Shown: one piece after another, positions 48,232 through 64,000 of the stretch
Numbering within the stretch: position 1 is the first letter of the stretch
Layout of the letters: each line of letters opens with the position of its first letter
NCBI RefSeq assembly: GCF_001447785.1
Contig: NW_015177010.1
Span: 972,215 to 1,036,214 of the forward strand
Source: Gekko japonicus
Taxonomy: Eukaryota
DNA: 64,000 bases
Direction: 5' to 3'
Notes under the pieces: model-generated
Seen by the model: only the letters and a program-made list of their open reading frames with translations
Told to the model about the DNA's origin: nothing
Databases searched by the model: none
Made by a program: the position numbers and the translations under genes

Positions 48232-50767
48232 CAAAATACATCTCTCCTAGAAATTCAACAATTTGTTATTAATCAGTTCCTTATTGAAACATGACTCTGA
48301 ACAATATGCATCATTGGCTAGAAAAACCATGCTGCTCCAATGACCCACAAATCGGTGTAGATGGAGGAATATGGTGGAACCAACTTCATGTGTTGCATAG
48401 TCTAAGAAGTTGAAGTCTCACTGGGATAGGGAAAAAACACACCAACTTCGGCACACAAAACAATGTAGGTATTCTTTCAGGAGTTCATATACAAGCTATG
48501 AAATATAGGAGGCATATTTAGTCACATTTTACTAGAGTAACTACTACAAATAAGCACTCTGGCATTTGCTAATGTTCACAACAACTCAGTTCTGCACTCC
48601 TACATGTGTCTGTATAGGTCTATGCAGGCAAAGGAAAAAATCTTATGTTAGATAGTCAATGATTTGAATCAAATGCCAGAGGCAGCTACCACCGGGCGTT
48701 TGGAGGATACATCTGTGTAGAGGGTGGAAATCTAGCTGCTTCTAGTGTTGCAAGACCACAGCCAGCAACAGCAAGGATGAATTCGGGGGTGGCATGCTGA
48801 TATAACTTATGGGAAAGAATGGAAGTTTTTTAGGAAGTTTTTTTAATGAAAGCGCTATGATTTTACCATAGGGTTTTTGTAAAATGCTAGAGCATCCCCC
48901 ATGTTATTTACAGTTTTTACTAGACATGATTTAAGTGTCCCAGTCAACAACAGCGAACACACGCACCCATTCCTCCCACTAGCACTTGAGGAGCATTCCA
49001 GCAATGACCTACGAGGCCTGGCAACCCTAGGCAGCAGGAGATACAACAACAGACATAGTTATGTGTAATAGAATCACTGAGGGACTACATCTCCCAACAG
49101 CCTCTGAGTGACTGAGAAACAGTTTATTTTTTATTTATCCATTCAACTTATATCCTGCCCTCCCCACCAAGGCAGCTGCCTTTTCCTGAATGGGCAAGGG
49201 AGAAAAAGGGAGGGAAAACTGAGAGAAGCAGTTGGAGACGGAACAGGCTTGTGAGAGGTAAAAGGGGCACCAGCGGACTGTAATTTAGAATTTAAAACTT
49301 CTTGGAGTCCTGCTGTAAGGCTGAAGCTCCAGGTACAGACCTTGCTTAAATTTCACTGAGTCAGGAAAGCTGGTAAGCCCAGAAGGCCTCGTTAGACACA
49401 CCTACGATTGCAGGCCTGAGCCTCCAGGTGGGGCCTGGAGGTCTCCCGGAATTACAACTGATCTCCAGACCATTTAGATCAATTCCACTGGAGAAAATGG
49501 CTGCTTTGGACTATACGGCCTTATACCCTGCTGAGGTCCCTCCCCACATTGCACCTTCCCAGGCTCCCCCCCCCCAATCTCTAGGAATTCCCCACCCAAA
49601 ATTGGCAACTATAGGGCTGCCAGGCCTCCTCTTAGTCCACCATTACTCTCAGGGAAAACTAGAAAGCGAAACAGAGCTACCCTACATCACTTCTGGGATT
49701 TTCCTGGAAGGGACACAGTGGTGCACAGGACCATCTCAGCCCTCCCCCCACCATGTCCTTGTCTCCGAACCTCCTGGCAACCTTAGAACCCAGTTATTAA
49801 GCTTCCCTATTTACCTACCACATTAAAGTTCTACTCTACTACAAGTCAGACCAGTTTGCTGGAACACACCAGAGCTGAGAAAGAAGTTGCAAGCCCCAAA
49901 ATGCCTTCACTTCAGCACTTGCTCAAGTATTGTTTGCACAGGCCTGCTACCAATTCGTATAGCCATTATGGATAGAAGGTTAAGCATGTACACAGCTGTT
50001 AAGCATGTACATAGCATAACCTTGTCAATTCATTAAATAGTAACAGAAAGTTGTAACAGAGATACAAAGAGTGCATTTCTGATCCGCTGTGATCAACAGA
50101 AGTCTATACCAGTAACTTTTTGTGGGGAGTGGACTATTATTTTTACTAGCTCACAGGCCATCAAGTTTGACAGGAAAGGCAAAAAGTTCCACCTCTGTTC
50201 CCAGTACCCTTCTCCTACTCTGCTCTCTCATACTTCACCCGAATGTTCATAACTGAAGCAATTCTAAGTTAGAAATGTCCAGGCCACCCTTTGTCAGAGG
50301 TGGAGGGAAACTTTTGCCTCACTACAACACTATCTGTAGATGCAGAGCTTTATTTTTCCCCACATGAATGAATTATAGTTTTATTTTGTCAGTGCAGGTT
50401 CTCTGGAGAAAGGGTTTTAAAATTCTCTGGATAAACAGCCATTAATTTTAATAAGAAGAAAGTAAAACCACTGAGAGGCACAAGTGAGAGGCGGAATTTG
50501 TCCCATAGAATTCAACAAGAAGCCACTGAGAACCAAGCCAGTCCTTGTGTTGGAGTCTCCAGGTTCTGTTCTTTGGTCATGCTACAGTGTGACAGAATAT
50601 TGGCAAGTTGAGATTGAATGCTGGGAAGCCTGTTTATTGGTCACAGATCATTTTTAAGTAAACCCAGCCTTTCTATGAACAACTTAAGAAAGTTAACATC
50701 ATGCCTAACCAAATGGTTATATAAAAACAGAGTAGAACACAACAAAGCACACCAACAACCAAACTGA

Positions 50768-51238
50768 GCCCCTGGTCACACGGGCCGGATATCGTGGGGG
50801 GAAGGCGTGGCTAATTGCCCCAGAGGAAACTAACGTGCGGCCGCCCGAGCACATATCCCGGTCAAGGTCCCGTGGTTAGGGGGACATACCGACCAGATGG
50901 GTATCCTGCAGCGTGGCACAGAAGCCGCGCCGCACGATCGCACTAGCAATCGCTCTTTGTGCACATGTGCTGTTGGGTGCTGTTGCGCAACCTGCGGAGA
51001 CAGGTGCCAAATGCCACATAAGTCCACCGGAAACGCGATCAGACACCCGCCCTTGGCCCGCGGTTTCCGGAAATGAGTACCTCGTAAGTACTAGTTTTTT
51101 CATCCGCACCTTCGGCGGGGAGCCACAGGTTCACCATGGGAGCACTGCGCTTCCCAAATGTTGGGGTGTAATCACACCCAGAAAATCCTTGGGACTCCCG
51201 TGCCTCTCCCGCGGCAACTTTGCCGTGTGACCGGGGCC
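50768..51238. mobile_element. PIF/Harbinger-type MITE, young and CpG-rich
   Basis: TIRs GCCCCTGGTCACACGG / CCGTGTGACCGGGGCC (14/16). 3-bp TSD TGA at 50765-50767 and 51239-51241. Confidence 0.8.
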
Positions 51239-51670
51239 TGAGTCCAGCAAAAAATACTGGAAAATACATGTTAAATAGCCAACAGTAGTAACACCCAGCA
51301 GAATCAAGAAAAAAGCCCTCCAAAAGGTTCTTCTGAAAGACTATAGACCTGGGGCCTGGAATACTGATTTATTTACCTGTTTATATGCCACTTTTCTCTC
51401 CAATGGGGACCCAAAGCAGCTTACATCGTTCTGTTCTCCTCTGTTTCATCCTCACAACAACCCTGTGAAGTAGGCTAGGCTGAGAGTGTATGACTTCAGG
51501 AAGGCAGATACAACATAGCAAGAGGCCCAATTTCTATTGAAGGCCATACAAGGGACGTAATTAAAAGGACAGGGAATGTGGGAACTTTAGACAGAACTGA
51601 GGATGAGCTTAGATTTATTCCAGGAGAGGTGGTCCATCAATTATGTGAGCTACAGACTGTAGAGATATTA

Positions 51671-51929
51671 AAGAAGAATAGTTGGATTTATACCTCACCC
51701 TTCACTCAGAGTCTCAGAATGGCTTACAATCTCCTTCCCTTCCTCTCCCCACAACAGACATCCTGTGAGATAGGTGGGGCTGAAAGAACTCTGAGAGAAC
51801 TGCTCTTGAGAGAACAGCTTTGAGAGAGTTGTGACTGACCCAAGGTCACCCAGCAGCTGCATGTGGAGGAGTGGGGGATCAAAACCAGTTTTCCAGATTA
51901 AAGTCCACCGCTTTTAACCACTATACCAG
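51671..51929 (-). mobile_element. Squamate tRNA-derived SINE (Squam3-like)
   Basis: Homologous to 28928-29224. Confidence 0.8.
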
Positions 51930-54900
51930 TCTTGTGGACAGAACCAAGAAGCAAACTGATGAATGCTGTTTTTATTTGTATTATACAGTAGCACTATACA
52001 CACACATGGTATTTACAAGCTAAAGGGCAGGTTCTTGCTCCATGGATCTTTTGCTATATTCAACAGTGAGATAAATAAAAAGAGGGCTGAGACAAAGGAT
52101 CAATGGGAGAAATGCAACAACACATACTTCCAGATTCATTAGGGGGGTTCGGTCTACAGCTACAAAGACCCATTGAAGTCTAACAAAATATTATGAAATA
52201 AAAGCTAGAAGAAACTACAAACACATTATTCATGGAAGTATTTAAATATGAACCACCATTCTACCACCCGTTACAAAATATTATTTTGTGTCCTTAAAGG
52301 GTGTCTTAAAATAACAGGAGACATAAAGATACTCTTTGAGCTGCAAACTAACAAAGGCAGCTTCTAGGCAGGGGCTTTCTTTTGGCTTCCTTCATTTCAG
52401 CATTCTGCATCTCATCTGTAGCTTCTGAGACTACAAGCGAGTGGTGTTATCTCACAGAGTAGGAGAGTCATAAAATACACCAGCAGTGTTGGATTCTGTC
52501 AAACGTTAACATGTTACTGCAGCCAAGCTCCCGTTTTTACCTGTGCTGTGGCATGGGTCTGAAAAACATAATGCATCTGCCACTCTGAGGGTTTCAGGAT
52601 TTGTGGGTAGGGAGGAGAGGCATTACAATTTGTTGCTGGATACCTTATAAAAACCTGTCCCTGGGAAGCTGATGCATCATCTGGGTTGCCTCTTCTGCCT
52701 CAAGCTTTCAGTAAACAAGCAGTGACATGAAAGAAAATCTCCCCAGCAAAAGACTGCATTTCACTGCTCCCACAGCACAGTCTCTAGCTAGTCAAGCCAC
52801 TGCATATAACTAAGTTTTATTCCTCTTCTCTCTCTCTCAGCTTTCAGTTGCACGTCTACGATTTCCTGTGGAAAAATGAATGCTTTTGAAGTATGCATGT
52901 ATAATCTGTGCAGCTCTACCATATGAGGAGCCTCTACAAAAATACACACAGAAAGGAAGAGAGACAAAACAAGAGCCACACAGCCAAGAGCTCAATTGTG
53001 AAGTTCACTGCAGATGTTATTACAAATAATGCCCAGAGATGCCCCTCAAATCTGTCTCTCCCTAATCCCTTCAGCCTTTCTTCCCTGTCACAATCTACTG
53101 TGCAAACGACTGGGCTGCAGTCCCAAAAGAGAAGGTTTTCATCCTCATGTAATATAACCAACAGAAAGAACAAGACAGTAATATCTGAAACTGCCTCTGT
53201 CCCCCCTCACACACACACACAGGGGGAAAGGCCTGATTACCCATCTCTCTCCTGCTCACCACCCTAGATGCATATGATTAAAGCCTTATGAATACCCCAC
53301 AGCATAGTGCTTGCACACAGATGTCTGGGGGTTGGTGGGGAAGTGGGTGGTGCGCAGAGATCCCAAATTCAACAGTTAGACTGATGCTAATACCAGATCC
53401 TCAGCCTCTTTTGTGTTCCTTTAAACTGCATCAAGGTAAAAAAAATAAAATAAAGGTGAGGGCTTTTAAAATATAGATTTTTTTAAAAACCCAACGGTCC
53501 CACCCTCCCCTATTCTACTCAACAGAATGAGAAGGAATCCAGCAGGCTAGGGAAGACAGGGCAAGAGGCAGAAGCTTTTTCATAAAGAATCTCAAGGCCA
53601 GTCCTGAAGGTACAGCCAGAGTTCTGTCCAAGGGAGCAGCTGAGCCATAGTGGAAAAGAAGAAGAAAGCAGCGGTTGACTTCTGCTTTGCAGTTTCCTGG
53701 AAAATGGGGGTATTTTCACAAGCGACTTTAGCCTGTTGAGCAAACTGTGCATGCATGTGAATGACCATCATGCAATTCTGAGAGTGCACAAATCCAGGTT
53801 TCAAGAACAGATGAGAGCTACACATACAGACAAATTTACATTTCAATTATCATGGGCTTTCTGCGCCACTCATAAAGAGATGCACTCTTTACTGAAGGGC
53901 AACTGTGGGTCCTTCATGAATTACTATTATCATACACTTGTGGGAAAATGTTCTCTCCCATGCCCATCTGATATGGGATGCAGTGGTCACTACAGCAGGA
54001 GAACTTGTAAACAAAGGTAGTATAGACAATTTCTGCAATGACTTCCTTTGTGAAGAGATCATTTAATCAATGAAGAGCAGTCATATCAAAGATCCATGGA
54101 CAATACTTGAAACTATCTTGCAGTCATTTAACAGAAAACCCTGACAAACGGACAGTCAGTACTTTCACACCAGTTGGACTGAGCAGTCCCCAACCTTGGA
54201 GACGCTGCAAAACCTGACTGGCTGCTGCACCCCTGGGAAGAGGGCAAATTCTGGAAGAATTCGGTACAACAGAGAAGCTACTCATGTATGATGCTGAGTC
54301 AGTCAGGTTTGGGGATGGGTGGACATTGAACAACATGAAACAACGTGAGCAAAAGGATGCGAGAAACGCAGAAGGAAAGATTCAGGTGCTGAAGTGAACA
54401 CAGGGTGGCCCCAGTGGTCTCAAAAGTATCAGAAATGCAGACCTCCTAAGAACTAGCAATGGAATGAGAATCCATCTTGATTGCTCCTGCAGAACAGGTG
54501 GGCATGGGTGGAGGGCAACCATCCACAACTGAGTTCCAAGGGTCCCTGGTTTTTCACTGTCTGCACCACAAGCAGGATGAGATCCAACCTTCCAGAAACA
54601 CTTTTAAGTGTACAGATCTCAGTAGCACTCCGGCTGGGCAATCACATATACCTCTGCACCATACAAGGAGTTAAAGTACAATCATTTCCAGTACAGATCT
54701 AATGGGAGGCATTAAATACACTGTGCAAGAAACAAGTGGGTATGGCATATAACCCTCAGCCCTGGGCAACATATCTGGGCATGGTACACAACCTTCCTCT
54801 TCTCAACAATACAGCATACATCCCGCCACTGAAGATGACTGTTAGTGCATGCATGTAACAAATCCCATCAGGGGTTATCTGATGCAGCCTCCCCAGCACT

Positions 54901-55498
54901 GTTCAGCAGGAATACAGCATCACCCCTCCAATGTGTACAAGGTGTTCTCCAAAATCCAACCAGGGGATACAGTTATCCACAACAATGGGCACTGCCAGGC
55001 CTCTCCAACATTACTGCAAATGGGTAGACAGAAGCTACAATCATACATAGCAATGCACAGGAGATACCCTGACAGTGCACTATTTCCACACCAGCACTCC
55101 TGATGGGACACCGAATTTTACTTTGTAGTTCTACCCTGACACTGAAGGCTGATTACAAAATCAGAAAATGATACAGCGAAGAAGTATATGGCATGCTATA
55201 AACAATGCAAAAAACTGGATTACAAAGAATCAAGGGGACAAATGCAGTAAAAGCCAGAGGGAGGGAGGAGCTTACAAGTTCACCCCTCTACTTGTCATTC
55301 CACAAGTTAGAAGAAGAGGCCAATGAATTTGTTGATTTAGCATGAATGGGTTTTCCCAGCTTTCCTCAAGAAAGGTCATTTCATTTTCATGAACGCAGAC
55401 CTAAACTTGGCAAGGTAAATCTGTATGCACCGCAACTTAGGTCTCATCTGTCCCACTTTTAAGATGCTCCGCTCAGCCTCTTTCACGACTGATTATCA

Positions 55499-57950
<2,452 letters not shown>

Positions 57951-59206
57951 TCGAAACAAGGACTAGTGAAGAGCCAGCGTGAGGCAGAGAGAGAAGGAAG
58001 GGTCGGTTGTTTTCAAAGTCCCGGCTGACCAGCGCAAGATTGACTGAAGCTGAGGTTGCGCATTCCAAATATTATTTTGGAATTCTCACCGGTGGTGGAA
58101 ACTCACCTATTAAAGCAAGAGCCTTAAACATCATCAGGGTCTCCTGGGCATCCAGGATGGCCCGGGACACCCATTTGAGGCCCCCAAAAACTGCGGAGGC
58201 CCCCAAAAACAGGGCATTGAATGCACGGGGATTTGGGTTGTAGTTCTGTATGGCATCCTATTGAAAGCATTTTAGCCCACATTCCCCCCCCCAACCAGAC
58301 TAAATAGGACATTAAGCATTCTCACAGCCAGTCACAGTGCAGTCAGAGTTGCCCTCTTTTAATGCCACTGTCATTCTTTTTAGTGTGACTTTAACAAATT
58401 GCAAGCCGGCTGACTCCCATGCAAATAGATGCACAGGTGAAATGGTTTCAGGTTGTAAGCAATCTCTTTTGCATCCTGTACTTCCAGGCAGGTTTTCAGA
58501 AAGTCAGTAGTCCTCCTGCTGGAGAAGGGAAGCAGTCAGACATCAGGAAGTGGATTTGAGCAATGCTTCCTTTTTTTCAGAGCCACCTTTTCCCTCTGGC
58601 CTTGCCATGGTATCTTGCTTTCTGTAATGTGAGAGAATTGTGGGGGGAGGTGGGCATTGGGAAGAAAAGTCAGGGGTACTCAAATTGAGATTAAATGGGT
58701 GCTGTTAGCAAGACTCACCTCCTTCTCCCCCATCCCCGCTGCTCAAAAATGTAGCTTTACATAAGATACTATATTTCAACCTAGCCTACTTTGCAGGGGG
58801 GTTGTAAGAGTAAAGTTATATAAGGATATATTGCAATAGATTATTACGTTTATTTATTTAACATATTTATATCCTGTCTTGTCTCCTTGGACTTCATGCA
58901 GCTGACAAAACAATATGTCACTAAGTCAGCAAGATAAAAACAGCATAGCCACATCTGCCTTTCCTTGAATAATGGTCATTTGCTGTGTTTGCCTACATGG
59001 TACACTGACACGGGGGTAACTCTCATTAATGTCCACAAGAGCTTACTGCCAAGGAACAGATTTGGCAGCAGCAAGTTCACTGGACAAAATACCAGTGTAA
59101 ATGCCCCCCGTTTGCACATATTAAAGGACTAAACATATGAGTAACCACTGGAAGACCTCACTGTAGCATTTAATATCCTAGGAAAACTGCTACGAAAGGG
59201 AGAGTA

Positions 59207-59291
59207 CAGTCACAGTGAGAACTAAGCTAAAGCTAATAATGATTCCTGGATGGAATCATTATTAGCTTTAGCTTAGTTCTCACTGTGACTG
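59207..59291. repeat. Perfect 40-bp inverted repeat with a 5-nt spacer
   Basis: 59207-59246 is the exact reverse complement of 59252-59291. Spacer TGGAT. Confidence 0.95.
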
Positions 59292-60018
59292 CAAGACTTT
59301 GTCTGAGGTCATATTACTTTCTTTGATCTTTAAAAATTTGCCCTGCTTTTCAATAGCACTATCAAGTGGTCTATAATAAAAATATTAGAAACACACATGT
59401 ATGACTTTAAAAACTTACAGCAGATAAGAGCAGAATAAGCCAGAAATCCAGCATTCCTTGGAAAGGGGAAATCAGAATATCCCCTCTACTACTGCTGCTG
59501 ATTCAAACCAAAAGTCCATAAAAGGAGAGTACTCTTCTTTAGTCTTCTTTTGAATCTTGAAAGGAATGGAGCCAAAATACACATTTCTAGAGAACTCCTG
59601 GTGCAGCTACTGAGAAGGCCCTATCACACGTGACTGGCCTTCTAATGGGGAGCCTCTCCAACCAACTTGACAAGGGCCAGAAGTTCATGCTGGAGAAGGT
59701 GGCGCTCAAGGTAACCTGGTTCCAAGCCATTTAGGGCTTGAGTTATGACTACAGTAGGAGTTCACACAATGAAATTCTTCCCCATAAAATTCCCTCCAGA
59801 AAGAAAACTTGATAAGCATTTTCCCTGTCTGATTTTGGAGGTTGAATGCAGTTGGAGGTTAAATAGATTTGCATGCCAACAGATTGCACAGACCTGGAGC
59901 CTCAAGTAGTGTGGCCCAGAAACTTAGGTACACTTTCCTGGGAGTAAGAACAATTGATCATGGTGGGACTTGGTCCTGAGTAAAGAGACATAGGACTGTG
60001 AGGCCCACTTGTGGCTTA

Positions 60019-60362
60019 AAGGTAATGGTTTCCCTTGCTCAAAAGTTAGTCGAATCCGACTATGGGGCAGTGCTCATCTCCGTTTCCAAGCCAACGAGCC
60101 AGCACTGTCCGAAGACATTTCTGTGGTCATGTGGCCAGCATGAATAAATGTCGATGGGCACGGAATGCTGTTATCTTCCCACTGAAGCGGTGCCTATTTA
60201 TCTACTTGGAATTTTTTGCTTTCAAATTGCTAGGTTGGCAGGAGCTGGGGCCAGGGAGGGCAGCTCACTCCATCATGTGGCACTCGGGTCTCAAACTGCC
60301 GAGCTACAGACCTACCGGTCTGCAGCTTCAGTGTCTTAACTTCTGAGCCACCGCAGCCCCTT
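60019..60362 (-). mobile_element. Sauria SINE, full length, older
   Basis: Reverse-complement homology to the 8421 copy. TSD ACTTGTGGCTTA / ACTTGTGTCTTA. Confidence 0.88.
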
Positions 60363-62555
60363 ACTTGTGTCTTACCAAACTCCTAATAGCTGGCAAGTGT
60401 ACATTTATTATATACTACTGTTCATTTCAGTGGGATCCAGGGTAGCCACAGTATGGCACAGAGGAATACTTCCGCTCCAAAGTTTTCACTCCACCCCAAT
60501 GATATTGTCAAGTGACATCATAATCCCTTATTAATATTGATAGAGTTGAAGCTGGCATAGTGGCTGCATAGGAACCCTTCCCCTCTCAAGTCACTTGATT
60601 ACCTTAGGAGTAGAAGTAGGAGCAGTAATGGCACCTCTAAGACACTAGCATGAAACTAGAAAATGCCAAAAGTAGGAGGAAAATGCATTGAGTATGGGCT
60701 TAGGCCAAAGTCACATGTGCCACATAAAGGGCTGTTCAGCCCACCTCCTAGCTGAGCTCATATTGCATTTCTGAATCCACTGATAGCCGAGGCTGGTTTC
60801 CAATTGCATCTCATCCTTCCTGTCTTAGGGGTCTGAGCTCAGATGCAAATAGAAACAGTAGAAGAGACGGCTTGTCCCTTTAGAATAGCAGGGAACACCA
60901 TTTCATGAAGAGACCAGTGAACGTGCTTCTCCACCCTGCCAACATAGCCAGAATTCTTCAGCAGGCAAGGCCAGTCATGTAAGAGATTTATCCTCTCAGG
61001 TAAAAATTTGGCAGAACTTCAGCATAAATTTCCTAAGTCAACATTATAAAGATAATAATGACAAGGAGCTAGTCAAGTTTAAAAAAAAATCTGGCCAGAC
61101 AAGTTGAGGAGAAGTGTTTTTCACTGACATTCCCAATAACAATGCCTTGGTGGCCCTCACTGAGCAGGTAGGCTGGACAGAATTTTTCTAAATAAATAAA
61201 CAAGTCTTGATTCACTCAACTGCTGGAATTCTGTTTTAATGAACCTGTGTTAACTTCCTGCTTGGGATAAGCAAGTCATGTGACTTGCTTACCACAAGCC
61301 AATATCTGGGGCCCCTCATACATATTCATTTTCACAAGGAGGTGATGCACAAAACATTGAGTTTTATAGCAATCGAGTCACATAAACGTCTTGCTACAGG
61401 AGCCCTCTAGGGTCCTAGGAAGAAAGCCACCACCTTGAGTGTGCCAGTTCTAGGAATTAGCCCTAAGAAAGATAATACAAAGATAATGATACTGTCCTAC
61501 AGTGAGTCGGAATGCTGGTCCATGTAACCCACCATTGTCCACTCTAACTGGCAGCAGTTCTCTGAAGTCTCATGGCTCTTCCTAGCCCTAGTGACTTAAA
61601 TCTTTAATTGCATAGATAAAGGATCTCATATTTAAGCATGTATTCCACCATTCTCAATTTTTCATACAGAACAGACATTTCAGGAGAGACTGGTCACATC
61701 CCACGTCTTCTTGGCCAGGAGAAGTATTTATGGCTTATGGCCAGCCATACCCTGCTGGCCTCCTGACCAAACTGTTCCATCAGACTAAGGAAAGAAGGGT
61801 ACCTGAGCGAATGGGGACATATACAGTGGAAACTGAGCAGTAGGCAATGAAATGCACTGCCCCTTTGCTTGAGAAAATCCTTTGCTTTCCTCAAAGGCTA
61901 TGCCTGCAATTGGAGAAAAGTGGCAATCAGTGGAGATTGCACTAACTGCATTCCAATGCACAACTGTGCCGTGGTAGTGGTAATCCACACTGCACACCCA
62001 ACCTTTCCTTCCAGTTCCTGCTTCAACAGAGAGGGGGTAGCAAAGGGAGCAGAACGATTTAGTTTAAGTATTGTACTGAGAGAGGAACAATACTTTCACT
62101 TACTGTATGGGAAGGGATGAAGCTGCAGCAGCATGTCTCTGTAGTCATCCCATCCAGTCTTGAGTAAGGACAAGGGGAAAGAGCTGGGAAACAGCCAGCA
62201 TTCTTATCTGTCCATCCCTATCCAGTTTTGGTCCTCAAGGGCATTATGCATTATTAATCTTTGTACAATCAATGTACGTGGCACTTTGTAATATTAAGTA
62301 AGATATATTCCTGCTAAAAGCTATACAACAGAGGAAGGAAGTAGAGCAGAGAGTTGAAAGTAGTGCAAAGAACATACTGAAACACCCTTCTTTTAAGTTC
62401 CACAACCCATACAAGAGCTCAGGTTCTTGGACTGATGATTATGCTACCACTTCCAAGCATTTCTTTATACCAAAGTGAATTTGGAGGCCTAGCAAATTGT
62501 ATCTGATGTTTATACACTAGTACTCAGTGTCTCTTTGTGTTCAGAGACTTTTGGA

Positions 62556-62619
62556 TGTTGTTGTTGTTCAGTCGCACAGTCGAGCCCGACTCTTCGCGAC
62601 CCCATGGACCAGGTCACGG
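62556..62619 (-). mobile_element. BovB (RTE) LINE or BovB-dependent SINE extreme 3' end
   Basis: Minus-strand GTCCATGGGGTCGCGAAGAGTCGGGCTCGACTGTGCGACTGAACAACAACAAC is the BovB terminus with a (CAA)n tail. Confidence 0.8.
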
Positions 62620-62832
62620 CAGCTGCAAATTCAAGCCATGATGCTTCTTTAGAGGCATGGAACCAAACAGGACAGGAAGGAAGGAGCGGGGTTGGGGTAG
62701 GAAAAACCACTTAAATCTCCAAGCAAAACACAAGGAAATAGTTATTTTTTTAAAAAAAGAAACAGGATAGCATTAACCTACAAAATAATCAAAACATTAA
62801 GATTTTCTCTATATATCTCACTGGGTTGTATT

Positions 62833-63038
62833 TAGTGTTCCCTCTAAGCTGAGTTAGTGTGAGCTAACTCACATTTCTTTAGCCTTCAGCTCACACATTT
62901 TTGTCTTCGCTCAGGAAGGATGGCTCCAGAGCAAACTCATTTATCCAGTAGCCTAATCGCTCACTCACAACTTTAATGCCAGTAGCTCGCAAAGTAGAAT
63001 TTTTGCTCACAAGACTCCACAGCTTAGAGGGAGTATTG
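62833..63038. mobile_element. hAT MITE
   Basis: TIRs TAGTGTTCCCTCTAAGCTG / CAGCTTAGAGGGAGTATTG. 8-bp TSD GTTGTATT / GTTGTATC. Confidence 0.83.
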
Positions 63039-64000
63039 GTTGTATCCTATCACTGTTCCACTGGTGGAAGCTGATCTTTCCCCTCACTCCCCTTTCCTTA
63101 GTATTAATTTATTTACTTCATGTAGAGCCCACCTTTCTTGCTGGGACTCATTGTGGATAACAAAATAAATAGTAGCTTCTTTGCATTGCTAAAGGAGAGG
63201 AAAAACACATGCAAACTGGGTAGTTGAAAAGGGAGGGGAATTGGGCAACCTCACCCCTCCTCTCTCTAGCATAGGCAGACTGGTGGTGCGATACAACCCA
63301 CCCTATACATTGAATACACAGCAGTCTATCAAATGTGATTCATATGTGTATATGGGCAATTCAGTGCATTGATTGCACTCTAGATCAGATATCTACAGTC
63401 GAGCTAAGATGGAACAAGACTGAGGAATTCTTTTATCTATCTAATCCACAGATGGACAACTTATCTGTTCTTGAGGTCAATGTATTCTCTAGATAGTGGA
63501 TCCAGGGGTTATTAATGTACCTTGATCCAACCCCCCTCCCCCAGGGTACCCATGCTATACTGTAATGTACTTGAGTAGCTGTCAGCAGGGTATCACACAT
63601 AAAATCTAATTAATGATGTAACACTAATGTTTAAAAACATTTCCCTTTTTATTACAAGGGAAACAATGAGCAACATGTGAACAAGTGTTGACCCTGTGTG
63701 ATAAGGCTTCCAAAAATGGGTCCACCAGTTGGCCATGCCTGTCCTCCTAAGTAATACCAGGGGGAATGTCTGAGCTAATATTGAATAGAATATGCAATAT
63801 GTTTTTAAACAGAAGCTTAGATTTCACTAGAACAGAAGGGCACATCACACATGCAAATGGATTTGGAAGCAATTGAACAAAACCTTCATACAAACATGAG
63901 GACAGATTTTTTTCCCCCAGGCTTTTTTTCTGGGGGAATGCGCTGGAACAGAGTTCTGGATCCTCTTTGACAAAATTCTTATAAAAATATTTAAAAATTC

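Overview
This is vertebrate nuclear DNA, not prokaryotic. The repeat set (Sauria SINE, 5S-derived SINE, BovB tail, lizard-type CR1 and Penelope) points to a squamate reptile, possibly a gecko (inference). The only host gene is BTBD11/ABTB3 on the minus strand. Its first coding exon (56905->55657, donor GTGAGT) lies in a CpG island and encodes a tandem H2B-like plus H2A-like histone fold with a His/Gln/Pro insertion. Positions 1-55656 are the start of its long intron 1, and >~57.9 kb is upstream flank. The intron is dense with mobile elements: the 5' end of a Gypsy provirus (LTR, PBS, gag), two solo LTRs, three young CR1 copies (one with an unbroken 740-aa ORF2 portion), L2 relics, four SINE families, two non-autonomous Helitrons, hAT/Harbinger/Tc-mariner MITEs (several with target-site duplications, TSDs), and palindromic Penelope remnants carrying minimal hammerhead-ribozyme motifs. 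A perfect 40-bp inverted repeat lies upstream of the gene. There are three assembly gaps (178-521, 3578-3660, 38122-38152). No multi-gene novel system is supported. Family names come from recognition by eye and were not searched.
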